Shown here one piece after another: positions 1 to 11,034 of a stretch of 63,896 bases of DNA. This DNA is from Phascolarctobacterium succinatutens (GTDB lineage Bacteria > Bacillota > Clostridia > Christensenellales > CAG-917). The position numbers and the translations under genes are program-made. The number at the start of each line of letters is the position of its first letter. The first letter of the stretch is position 1. The stretch spans positions 1 to 63,896 of the forward strand of contig CAVBBF010000004.1 of assembly GCA_963593735.1 (NCBI GenBank), read 5' to 3'. The notes under the pieces were generated by a model. That model was not told the origin of the DNA and did no database searches. It saw nothing but the letters and a program-made list of their open reading frames with translations.

Positions 1-3
1 TAT

Positions 4-43
4 TTGTCAAGCCATCTTGAAAAGATGGGTGACAAGTGTTTTG
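4..43 (+). terminator. hairpin plus T-run, probable terminator of a gene upstream of the window
   Basis: Nested inverted repeat TTGTCA/TGACAA (4-9, 30-35) enclosing CCATCTT/AAGATGG (12-18, 22-28), followed by GTGTTTTG. Confidence 0.4.
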
Positions 44-68
44 CATTCGGCGCAACTAGAATTATTAA

Positions 69-3728
<3,660 letters not shown>

Positions 3729-3752
3729 TCGCAATTTTGCGAAATCACAAAG

Positions 3753-3779
3753 CCCCTCGAAATTTCGAGGGGTTTTTGC
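3753..3779 (+). terminator. rho-independent terminator of nifJ
   Basis: Perfect palindrome CCCCTCGAAATTTCGAGGGG followed by TTTTTG. Confidence 0.85.
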
Positions 3780-3786
3780 TTGTTTG

Positions 3787-3846
3787 AATTAATAATTTAA
3801 TAATGAATAATTAACAATTACGGGCGGGGTTTCACCCCACACCCCC
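3787..3846 (+). repeat. repeat family R1, copy a (AT-rich AATAATT-type run plus G/C hairpin)
   Basis: aattaataatttaataatgaataattaacaattac followed by GGGCGGGGTTTCACCCCACACCCCC. Same architecture at 12941-13002 (inverted), 38134-38193 and 38761-38807. Confidence 0.8.
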
Positions 3847-3851
3847 AAATA

Positions 3852-4016
3852 TCATTCGTTATTCGTAGATTCAATCAGGGATAACAGCACCCTCCTATTG
3901 TCATTAAGGACGATATAAAACATATATCCCATTTGTTTATCGACGTATTTTACGTCTTTTACTTCTTCCATTTCGGTTGCAATAAGTTCCCCGATTTTCG
4001 TTAATAGTTCTTCCAT
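3852..4016 (-). CDS. conserved small protein, 54 aa, unknown function (paralog of 19069-19227)
   Basis: Hand translation: MEELLTKIGELIATEMEEVKDVKYVDKQMGYMFYIVLNDNRRVLLSLIESTNNE. Below the ORF-track size cutoff. 37 of 52 aligned residues match the second copy, and the first 12 codons differ only synonymously. Divergent from an XRE gene. Confidence 0.7.
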   Translation of the reverse strand: MEELLTKIGELIATEMEEVKDVKYVDKQMGYMFYIVLNDNRRVLLSLIESTNNE

Positions 4017-4126
4017 TTTTTTCTTTTCCTTTTTTTATTATGTTAAAAACACCGTCAAGAAACGATATTTTCACTTTTTATCTGTAGTTTTGGAATTGTT
4101 GAAACGGCAACCCTTTTCATTATTTT

Positions 4127-4166
4127 ACTAGATATATTGTCTAGTGTCAAGACAAAATGTCTAGTT
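4127..4166. promoter_or_regulatory. candidate operator cluster between the small-protein gene and the XRE gene
   Basis: TGTCTAG at 4138-4144 and 4158-4164 (20-bp phasing). Inverted partner CTAGATA at 4128-4134. Inverted repeat TTGTCT(n7)AGACAA at 4137-4155. Confidence 0.4.
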
Positions 4167-4184
4167 GAAATACATAATATCTGT

Positions 4185-4391
4185 ATGGACAGCAAATTTT
4201 GCAAAAACTTAAAAGCCGCTCGCACGCAAGCCGAAATGACGCAAAAGCAAGTCGCATTGCGTTTGGGTGTTGTAGAAAGTTGCTATGCAAACTGGGAACA
4301 AGGCCGCACCGAACCGAGCGTGACGGCACTTAGAAAATTGTGCGATGTCCTTTCCGTCACGGCGGACGAACTTCTAAACGACGAACTGTAA
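4185..4391 (+). CDS. XRE-family helix-turn-helix transcriptional regulator (68 aa)
   Basis: MDSKFCKNLKAARTQAEMTQKQVALRLGVVESCYANWEQGRTEPSVTALRKLCDVLSVTADELL is a typical Cro/CI-type HTH. Start taken at the ATG at 4185; the ORF-track start at 4137 lies inside the operator region. Confidence 0.8.
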   Translation: MDSKFCKNLKAARTQAEMTQKQVALRLGVVESCYANWEQGRTEPSVTALRKLCDVLSVTADELLNDEL

Positions 4392-4478
4392 AAATATTTG
4401 TTAAAAGTGAACGACGGCAACACCGCCGTTTCTTATTAGTTTTGAGAAATCTCACGCCAACATTGTGAAAACATCTCC

Positions 4479-4510
4479 GCCGCAAGGCAATATCGCTTTG
4501 CCACAGGCAC
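4479..4510 (+). repeat. two hairpin-plus-linker units homologous to the end of the 38.3-kb array
   Basis: GCCgcaaGGC-AATATCG then cttTGCCacaGGCAc. Compare catatcgcTGTGCCgcaGGCACA at 38381-38403. Confidence 0.6.
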
Positions 4511-4560
4511 GCCACCAAGCAGATAATTTGGCACAATCGGGTGCGGGTGCCCCGCCCCTC

Positions 4561-4651
4561 GTCATTCCGAGCGAAACGTGGGAATCAAGCGTAGCGAAAT
4601 GCGGCTTCGCCTTGATTCCTACGTCGCAACGATGTTGCTCCTCTGAATGAC
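4561..4651 (+). repeat. repeat family R2, copy a (about 90-nt nested-hairpin element)
   Basis: Closed by GTCATTC...GAATGAC. The core AGCGTAGCGAAATGCGGCTTCGCCTTGATT...ACGTCGCAACGATGTTGCTCCTC is nearly identical at 38408-38498. Confidence 0.8.
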
Positions 4652-4726
4652 AAACGGAAAACAGATTTGAGTATTCCGCGCGAGTGCTTGCTTGGTGTGT
4701 GCGTGCTATGCACGCAAGCGGATAGA

Positions 4727-5158
4727 CGAACACTTATTCGAAGCGTTCTTATAAACGTTATGTTTCTATTCGCAGACGGAATTGGAGCCGCAAGGCGGCG
4801 AGAAAAGGGAGCGCCGAGCTTTCGTCACGCACAAGCCCATTTGCTCCAACCGCAACAAGTTGCAATTGTTCGCCTTTGTGCTTTGCGTTCCTCGTCCCAC
4901 ACGCCAAAAACTGCTCTTTCATCATATAACTCAAACACAAGTTCGCTTGTTTTTGACGTGCGGGAACCCTTGTGCGTGTAGTACGAGAATGCGTGGCATT
5001 CCGTTGCGAAGCCGCCACGCAGGCGAAGTGGCATAATGAGTGAAATGCCCCTATCTATGCGAGTGCCGATTGTCTCCCCCGCGAACGACGATAACCTATA
5101 TAGAGAAATGCTCCTATTTGAGTGGTGGGAGAAATACCCGAGAGGGAAAGAGGGGGTG
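4727..5158 (+). repeat. repeat family R3, copy a (conserved ends, variable core)
   Basis: The 5' blocks CACTTATTCGAAGCGTTCTTATAAAC and GACGGAATTGGAGCCGCAAGGCGGCGAGAAAAGGGAGCGCCGAG, and the 3' block GCATAATGAGTGAAATGCCCCTATCTATGCGAGTGCCGATTGT, recur at 51265-51555. Shortened form at 29264-29355. Confidence 0.75.
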
Positions 5159-5244
5159 TTTCTATTTAGAGTACACGCCGTCAAACTCTTGTAGAGAAAG
5201 AAAACACACTCTTGAGGAAATGGGATTCAAGTTTTCACCCCTAC

Positions 5245-5283
5245 ACCCTTTTGTAAAGGAAACGCGCGCTCGCAGGCGCGCGT
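5245..5283 (-). terminator. terminator of the 5313-7895 gene
   Basis: CGCGCGC / GCGCGCG stem (5263-5269, 5276-5282), followed on the minus strand by TTTCCTTTAC. Confidence 0.6.
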
Positions 5284-5312
5284 AACGCATTATCTAACTT
5301 TTACATAAGATA

Positions 5313-7895
5313 TTATTTGAGCGTGGGATATTGACCTTCGGTGATTTCCCATTCGCCGTTCTCGCCGAAATCGAAGGCGAACTTGCCCTTGACGTTCTCG
5401 CTTGACAAAAACCACTCTGCCGCTTCGGAATTGCCTTGCGTATCTTTGTTATATTCGAATTCGGTTTCGCCGTTCAATGTAAACTTCTTATCGTTTGCAG
5501 AGTACATTGAATTGGTGGAAAATTCCGTTTTCTTTTCGTGTTTGCCGAACATACGACCGATGTTGTTCACGCCGTCGGTTCTGTTTTCAACCACGAGGTC
5601 GGTGACGGTAAAGCAGTTGGAAATCTTTTTGGTTTGATTGTTTCTGCCCGCGATTCCTCCGACGTAGAGTTCGATTTTCTTGCCCTCTTGCGCGGTTGCC
5701 GCCGAAACTTTGATAGTGCCTACGCTGTATGCGAGGTTGATTGCGCTCACGCCCGTTTTGGTGTTCGAACTCGAATCGGTCTTTGCGCTGAAATTGCTTC
5801 CCACAATGCCGCCGACCGCGACGATGCCATTCTCTTTTTGAGCGGTAACGTCGATGTCAACATTGCAATATCCGTTGAGAATATAGCCCTCGTTTCTTCC
5901 TATCATACCGCCCACGCACACGATTTGAGAAATTGCGCCGCCCACTCTTGCGACAAGGTTTGCGCTTGCGCTTGTGGTCGTCACGCTGCCTGTATTGTCG
6001 GCGCACACGCCGCCGAAATACGTTTCGTCAAGACTTTCGAGGTCGCCTACTGTGATTGCTACTCTGCTTGCCGAAATCGCGCCGCCGTTGACTCCTGCGA
6101 TGCCGCCTATCTTGGCGTGCGATCTGCCGTTCGAGGTTTGATCGTCGTCGTGGCAGTGCACTGTTTCAAGCGTGGCGTTAACCTTGTTTGACGAGAGCGT
6201 CGCCGCAGAATTGTTGCTGCCGCACACGCCGCCGAAAATCAAGGATTCGCAGAAGAATTTTGCGCCGAACTCGACGGTGCAATCTCTCACCATACCCGTG
6301 TCTTTGACTTGATTGTCGCCTCTGACTTCCGCCGCGATACCGCCGAAAATCACCGCTTTCATACCGTAGTCGCGCCAACTTTGACCCGAATAATCTTCGC
6401 CATATGCGGACGTGGTTTCCGCCTTAACCGTGCAATTTTCGACCTTGCCGTCGAGTACGCTTGCGACGTAGCCTATGCGAACGAGTTTTTCATACTTGTT
6501 CTCAGTCTTTTTCACGACCAAACCGACGTTGTTAAACGTCAGATTCTTCACCGTACCCGAAACGTAGCCGAACACGGATGCGTCCGTAGCCGAGCCGAAT
6601 TTGCCGCCGCTAAGCACCGCTTGCGAGGTGAGTTTGTTGTCGTCCGAGTACACGCCGCCGTCGATCGTACCGGTGAAAACATGCTCGGAGTCGAACAAAG
6701 GCTCGAACTCGCCCAAAGCAAAGTCAATCGACTTAATGGCAATTTCCGCTTCGAGAATTTCCGCAATTTGCGTTTTCTCGCTGTCCGTCGGGTCTTCCTT
6801 TCTGAGCAAGTCATATACATTTTTGAAACTCGTGACGGAATCTATCGTGATTTGCTTTGTCCACTTTGCGTAGAGGCGCAACGTTGACGGCGTGAAATAA
6901 TCGTCAAGACCGCAGGCTTGATAGAGCGTCGTGCCCGTCGTGTCGTCGGTTTTGAAGACGAAATCTTTTTGAACGACTTTTTCCTCGTCGTTTTCGGTCA
7001 CTGTCTGCTCATAGTACCACTTTGCAAACTTGTACCCTGCTTTGCTTGCGACGACTTTGTCCGCGTCGGTTTTCTCAATACTCTCGGTCACGGGATAATA
7101 AACGGAATCGCCGTAAGTTGCCGCCGAAAGTGAGTCGCAATAAACCACTTCGACTTTGGGAAGGGTGGATTTGAACATTGCGTACACGTCAAACTGTTCG
7201 TTTTTCTTTGTTTCGTTGTCGATTTTCAGAGCGAACGTCCACTTATTTGCGAGTTTCACCGCTTTGTCCGTTGACGTTGCGACTGCCGTGAGGCGCACGG
7301 GCTTGTTTTTGCTATCGAGATAGAACCAGAACAAAAACTCGTCCCCCTCGTTTTCGGTTTTGGGGCAATCGAGGTTGTCCGTGCCGTTGTAGGTCACGGT
7401 GAGTTTGGAGTCTGCGCCGAGACTTGCGTTGTTGTCGCTATCGACAATCGAATAGGAATATACGCCGTCATCGCCCTTTTGTGCGACGAGTTTCTTGTCG
7501 ACGTGCGGAGTAAGCTCGTAGGTATTGTTTACATAAAGTGCGGTGATGGTTGTGTTTTGAGTTATCGGCGTTTGACCGAAGATAAACTCGTCCGTGCCGT
7601 TTGCCGACCAGTATTTGAAGGTATAACCCGTCTTTATCGGCACGACGTCGGAGCCGTCCTTGTTTTTGGGGCGAGAAACGGAAGCGCCCGAAAGCACGTC
7701 GTTAATCACGTTGTCTGTAAGTTTGAAGTCGTTGCTGTCAACGTTGAAAGTGACGGTATACTTTGCTTGTTCGTACTTGTTGTGACCGTTGTTGTCGTCT
7801 TCGATAGACGGCGTTTTGGGATTGCACGCAACCAACGCTGCGCACAAGAGCGTGGCAACGAGTACGATGCAAATTATCATTAGCGTTTTTTTCAT
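5313..7895 (-). CDS. large surface lipoprotein with Listeria-Bacteroides-type repeats and GLUG-like motifs
   Basis: Start at MKKTLMIICIVLVATLLCAALVAC (signal peptide with lipobox LVAC). YTVTFNV...GYTFKYW and GYKFAKW repeat signatures. Recurrent GGIAG, GGVCG, GGMIGRN, GGIVGSN and VGGIAGRN motifs. Confidence 0.65.
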   Translation of the reverse strand: MKKTLMIICIVLVATLLCAALVACNPKTPSIEDDNNGHNKYEQAKYTVTFNVDSNDFKLTDNVINDVLSGASVSRPKNKDGSDVVPIKTGYTFKYWSANGTDEFIFGQTPITQNTTITALYVNNTYELTPHVDKKLVAQKGDDGVYSYSIVDSDNNASLGADSKLTVTYNGTDNLDCPKTENEGDEFLFWFYLDSKNKPVRLTAVATSTDKAVKLANKWTFALKIDNETKKNEQFDVYAMFKSTLPKVEVVYCDSLSAATYGDSVYYPVTESIEKTDADKVVASKAGYKFAKWYYEQTVTENDEEKVVQKDFVFKTDDTTGTTLYQACGLDDYFTPSTLRLYAKWTKQITIDSVTSFKNVYDLLRKEDPTDSEKTQIAEILEAEIAIKSIDFALGEFEPLFDSEHVFTGTIDGGVYSDDNKLTSQAVLSGGKFGSATDASVFGYVSGTVKNLTFNNVGLVVKKTENKYEKLVRIGYVASVLDGKVENCTVKAETTSAYGEDYSGQSWRDYGMKAVIFGGIAAEVRGDNQVKDTGMVRDCTVEFGAKFFCESLIFGGVCGSNNSAATLSSNKVNATLETVHCHDDDQTSNGRSHAKIGGIAGVNGGAISASRVAITVGDLESLDETYFGGVCADNTGSVTTTSASANLVARVGGAISQIVCVGGMIGRNEGYILNGYCNVDIDVTAQKENGIVAVGGIVGSNFSAKTDSSSNTKTGVSAINLAYSVGTIKVSAATAQEGKKIELYVGGIAGRNNQTKKISNCFTVTDLVVENRTDGVNNIGRMFGKHEKKTEFSTNSMYSANDKKFTLNGETEFEYNKDTQGNSEAAEWFLSSENVKGKFAFDFGENGEWEITEGQYPTLK

Positions 7896-8016
7896 AATCA
7901 CCTTGCGTGCGCAATTGCGCACAATCGTAGTATGAATGAATTTTCTAAACTTATTATACACGCGCAGCGCACGTTTTTCAACCTTATTTTGCGTTGCGCG
8001 CTCTTTTAACTTGCTT

Positions 8017-8658
8017 TTAATCTTGGCGGAATTTCGTGACGTACTCGTCTATGAGCGAGCCTATGTCGGTTTTGTTTGAGCCGAGAAAATCTTTAAGTTC
8101 AAAAAGCACTGCCGAATCGTTTATAGACGTATTCGCCGCAATGGGCGAAAACATATCTTTCACGACATTCGCAAAGTCGACAGAAACGTCTTTTCCAAGC
8201 ACGCAAATCGTGATTCTATCCCCCTCTTTTTGCGTGTAAACATCGCGTATTGCGCTTTCAAGCGAGATTCCTCTCTGTTGGAGATTTTGCGAGACAACGG
8301 TTTGATTTTGCCTTTCTTTGACGAACACGGAAACGGTTTCGTAATTTTCGACGACAATGCCGTACACGGCGCTTTCGCCGCCCGATTCCACCTTTACGTT
8401 GACGTAGCACACCGCAACTTCGTCCCTTGCGCCGTCGGGAAGCATTGCGATTGCAAACGTCGCAAGCACCGCTGTCAACAGAAGAAGCATAACGCACCAA
8501 AGCAGCCTTACCGCAGTGCGCTTGTCGAAGGCTTTGAGAGGAGTTTGTCCGTCGAGCAGTTTGTTTATCGGTGCTTTTTTGGCTCTCTGCAAAACGTCGG
8601 GGACGGTTTGAGAATTATGCTCGCTTTTGAGTTTCCCTTCGATGTCTTTAATTCTCAT
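8017..8658 (-). CDS. single-pass membrane protein, putative anti-sigma factor (by position)
   Basis: Start MRIKDIEG at 8658 overlaps the sigma-gene stop by 11 nt. One TM segment, LLWCVMLLLLTAVLATFAIAML. No recognisable catalytic motif. Confidence 0.45.
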   Translation of the reverse strand: MRIKDIEGKLKSEHNSQTVPDVLQRAKKAPINKLLDGQTPLKAFDKRTAVRLLWCVMLLLLTAVLATFAIAMLPDGARDEVAVCYVNVKVESGGESAVYGIVVENYETVSVFVKERQNQTVVSQNLQQRGISLESAIRDVYTQKEGDRITICVLGKDVSVDFANVVKDMFSPIAANTSINDSAVLFELKDFLGSNKTDIGSLIDEYVTKFRQD

Positions 8659-9187
8659 ATTCACCCTCCTTTTGCAGTTCTTTTTTGAGTTTTGCAAGAG
8701 CGTTGTTGTACGCCCAAATCACCGAGCCGACGGGTCTGCCCGTCATTTCCGCAATTTCCCGGTGCTTGAATCCGGATATTGCGTGCAGAGTTACGATTTC
8801 TCTTTCCTCGTCGCCGAGCACCTTGTTCATGGCGTTGGTCACAGGCGAGAGTTCCTCGTCAATCGAGTACGTCCCGTACTTTGCGTCGTCCTCGAAGGAT
8901 TCCGTAGACCGCTCGCGCTTTGTGCGATTCAGCTCGTTTAGAGTTGCGTTTTTGGCGATTGTATACAGCCACGCGTACGCGTTCGACCCCGCCCTGTAAT
9001 TGGATATGGTTGTTCTCAAACGAATGTACGCCGTCTGCATCATATCTTCGGCGGTCTGGTAGTTTCGGCATATCGACATAATGAACGCAAAAAGACCGCG
9101 TTTGGTATCGTTGTAGATTTGCTCAAACGCGCTTTCGTCGCCTCGTTGCAGTCGCAACATCAATTTGTCGAGTTCCTGCTTGGTCAT
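8648..9187 (-). CDS. ECF-type RNA polymerase sigma-70 family factor
   Basis: 179 aa with region 2 (FEQIYNDTKRGLFAFIMSICRNYQTAEDMMQTAYIRL...WLYTIAKN) and region 4 (EREIVTLHAISGFKHREIAEMTGRPVGSVIWAYNNALAKLKK). Confidence 0.85.
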   Translation of the reverse strand: MTKQELDKLMLRLQRGDESAFEQIYNDTKRGLFAFIMSICRNYQTAEDMMQTAYIRLRTTISNYRAGSNAYAWLYTIAKNATLNELNRTKRERSTESFEDDAKYGTYSIDEELSPVTNAMNKVLGDEEREIVTLHAISGFKHREIAEMTGRPVGSVIWAYNNALAKLKKELQKEGEYEN

Positions 9188-9193
9188 ATTTCT

Positions 9194-9222
9194 ATTTTAG
9201 CATAAGCGCAAAAATATAACAA
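9194..9222 (-). promoter_or_regulatory. promoter of the sigma gene, positioned for a leaderless transcript
   Basis: Minus strand: TTGTTA (9222-9217), 17 nt, TGcTAAAAT (-10 at 9199-9194). The ATG at 9187 lies only 6 nt downstream and has no Shine-Dalgarno sequence. Confidence 0.5.
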
Positions 9223-9412
9223 CTCATAATTGTTTTTCGCAATTTTTGTTCGATTTGCCCGATTTTGCGGATTTTTGAGGAAAAATTTACGATTCTTCAA
9301 GAAAAATTAATTGCTTCTTAACGTTTTGAGTATATTATCTATATTGTAGAGGTATATCCGCACCGTATGCGCGCGGATTGCCGAAAACACACGAGTAACA
9401 TTCGAGGTTGCC

Positions 9413-10954
9413 ATGCGCAAGAGAATCACGCAAACGATATGTTTGGCGTTATGCCTTTTGATTTCCGTCTTGTCGGCGGTCGTTCTCATTGCATGCAATT
9501 CGGTCTACACCAACGAGCCCAGCACCCCCGAACCGCAAAAAGCAACGTCTTTCGTTTGCGTGGACGTCAATCCGTCCGTTGAACTCGTGCTTGACCAAAA
9601 CAACGTGGTTATGAGCGCATGCGGCGCAAACACGGACGGCAAAGCCCTGCTTTTCGAGGAAGACGGCATAGTCGGCGCGGACCTCGATGTCGCAATAGGC
9701 AACGTTGCCGCACTGTCAGTCAAATACGGCTATGTTTCGGACGGCGCAAACGTGTCCGTCGAAGTGACTTCCACCGCGGAAAACAACGATATTTTCGAGA
9801 AGATAAGCGCAAAATTCACTTCCGCGATACGAAATGCAAATCCGTCGCTCACGGTTTCGATTTCGGATTCTTGCGACTTCGTGCTTCAATCCGAACTCGA
9901 CGCGCTCAAATCCGAAAATTCCGACAATCTAACCATTCAGAACCTCGACGTCGCAACCTATCGCCTCGTGAAAAGAGCGCAACAAAACGGCGTATCCGTC
10001 GAGGATTCCCTCTCTTTGTCCCTCGACAAACTCATTGCCGAAGCAAACGACTTTCAATCGGACTTGAACCAAAAATTCGACGACGAATACCAACTTGCAA
10101 TAAACCGCGCGCAATATATCTTTAACAGTGCAAAACAAACCGTCGAAAACGGCGTATACGCTCGCTATTTCGCGCAAAAACTGCTGGATACGGCAACGTC
10201 CAATCCGTTTGGCGCAATCGAGGTTGCGGGTCAAGCGCTCAACGCCGCAAAATACGCCGCTTCGAGCGCAAGCAAACTCTCGCTTCAATTTTATCTCGCT
10301 TGCTCGGATTATTTCGACCAAAACCCAGTGTACGAACTTACGCAAGAGCAAATTGAAAGTATTTCTTGCTTGCTCGGCATTCGCGCGGACGACTTCAAAA
10401 CCAAGTATTCCGCCCCAAACGGCACGGTTAGATTCACCAAAACCGAGTTGGATTGCTTCGTGAACACGGTGTACCGCTCGGACGAGGGCGCACGCGCGGA
10501 CATTCAATCCGCATACGGCAACGCCGTCGAATACCTCTTGCAATTCGCACAAGAGGACGAAACGGACTTGTCCGTCGCAAAGGAAACAATGCAAAGCGTG
10601 GCAACTTACGTCAAATCCGCCATTTCTCTTGCGGATAGCGTTATGTCGTCGCTGCCGTTTGTCAAATTCGACGTAGATTCCATTCTTGCCGACTGCATAC
10701 CGAGCGACGTCGATTATGAAAACAGACAATCCGTCGAAAGCGCAATCGAACGCCTCGAAACGCAAGCCTCGCAAGCAAAAGAGCAAATGAAAGTCACCCA
10801 AGAAGACGAAGCCGCAATACAAACGATGCTTGCTCAATCGGAAACCGTAAAAGCCATCGACTCGGCTCGCACCGCCTTGAACGAAGCCCTTGACAAAGCC
10901 AAATCCGATGCCCGCGCCCTTCTTCTTTCAATAAAATCCGCCCGCCTCGCGTAA
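9413..10954 (+). CDS. hypothetical lipoprotein (mostly helical-looking, no recognised domain)
   Basis: MRKRITQTICLALCLLISVLSAVVLIACNS is a signal peptide with a lipobox. 513-aa ORF ending at a strong terminator. Confidence 0.6.
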   Translation: MRKRITQTICLALCLLISVLSAVVLIACNSVYTNEPSTPEPQKATSFVCVDVNPSVELVLDQNNVVMSACGANTDGKALLFEEDGIVGADLDVAIGNVAALSVKYGYVSDGANVSVEVTSTAENNDIFEKISAKFTSAIRNANPSLTVSISDSCDFVLQSELDALKSENSDNLTIQNLDVATYRLVKRAQQNGVSVEDSLSLSLDKLIAEANDFQSDLNQKFDDEYQLAINRAQYIFNSAKQTVENGVYARYFAQKLLDTATSNPFGAIEVAGQALNAAKYAASSASKLSLQFYLACSDYFDQNPVYELTQEQIESISCLLGIRADDFKTKYSAPNGTVRFTKTELDCFVNTVYRSDEGARADIQSAYGNAVEYLLQFAQEDETDLSVAKETMQSVATYVKSAISLADSVMSSLPFVKFDVDSILADCIPSDVDYENRQSVESAIERLETQASQAKEQMKVTQEDEAAIQTMLAQSETVKAIDSARTALNEALDKAKSDARALLLSIKSARLA

Positions 10955-10975
10955 AAGCGGAACGTGAAATAAACG

Positions 10976-11015
10976 CAAAAAGCAACCCACCGGCTCAGCC
11001 GGTGGGTTGCTTTTT
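10976..11015. terminator. bidirectional terminator between convergent genes
   Basis: AAAAAGCAACCCACCGGC tcag CCGGTGGGTTGCTTTTT, with an A-run and a T-run flanking an about 13-bp G/C stem. Confidence 0.85.
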
Positions 11016-11034
11016 AGGTTTTTCGGGATTCTAT

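Noticed and set aside
4727-5158. R3 as a group II intron, tmRNA, RNase P RNA, SRP RNA or riboswitch.
   Set aside because: GAGCCGCAAGGCGGCGAG does not fold into a 34-nt domain V, because no matching 3' strand exists. There is no GUGYG 5' end, no tag reading frame ending in ...LAA, and no tRNA-like ends. None of the conserved RNase P or SRP core strings I know are present. This judgement is by eye only, and a covariance-model scan is still needed.
5036-5203. Short ORF starting in the conserved 3' block of R3 (MSEMPLSMRVPIVSP...), with a counterpart at 51429 (MREMSLSMRVPSVAP...).
   Set aside because: Within the shared 15 codons most differences are non-synonymous. After the block the two frames diverge completely in sequence and length, and there is no convincing SD. 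A micro-peptide cannot be fully excluded.
4452-5285. Cluster of 60-120-aa ORFs on both strands in the 4.4-5.3-kb gap. The same occurs at 38166-38824 and 51278-51632.
   Set aside because: They lie entirely in repeat modules. Their apparent similarity (for example GTRIDR.ISLIM) follows nucleotide conservation irrespective of frame. They have no RBS, and their frames are not preserved between copies.
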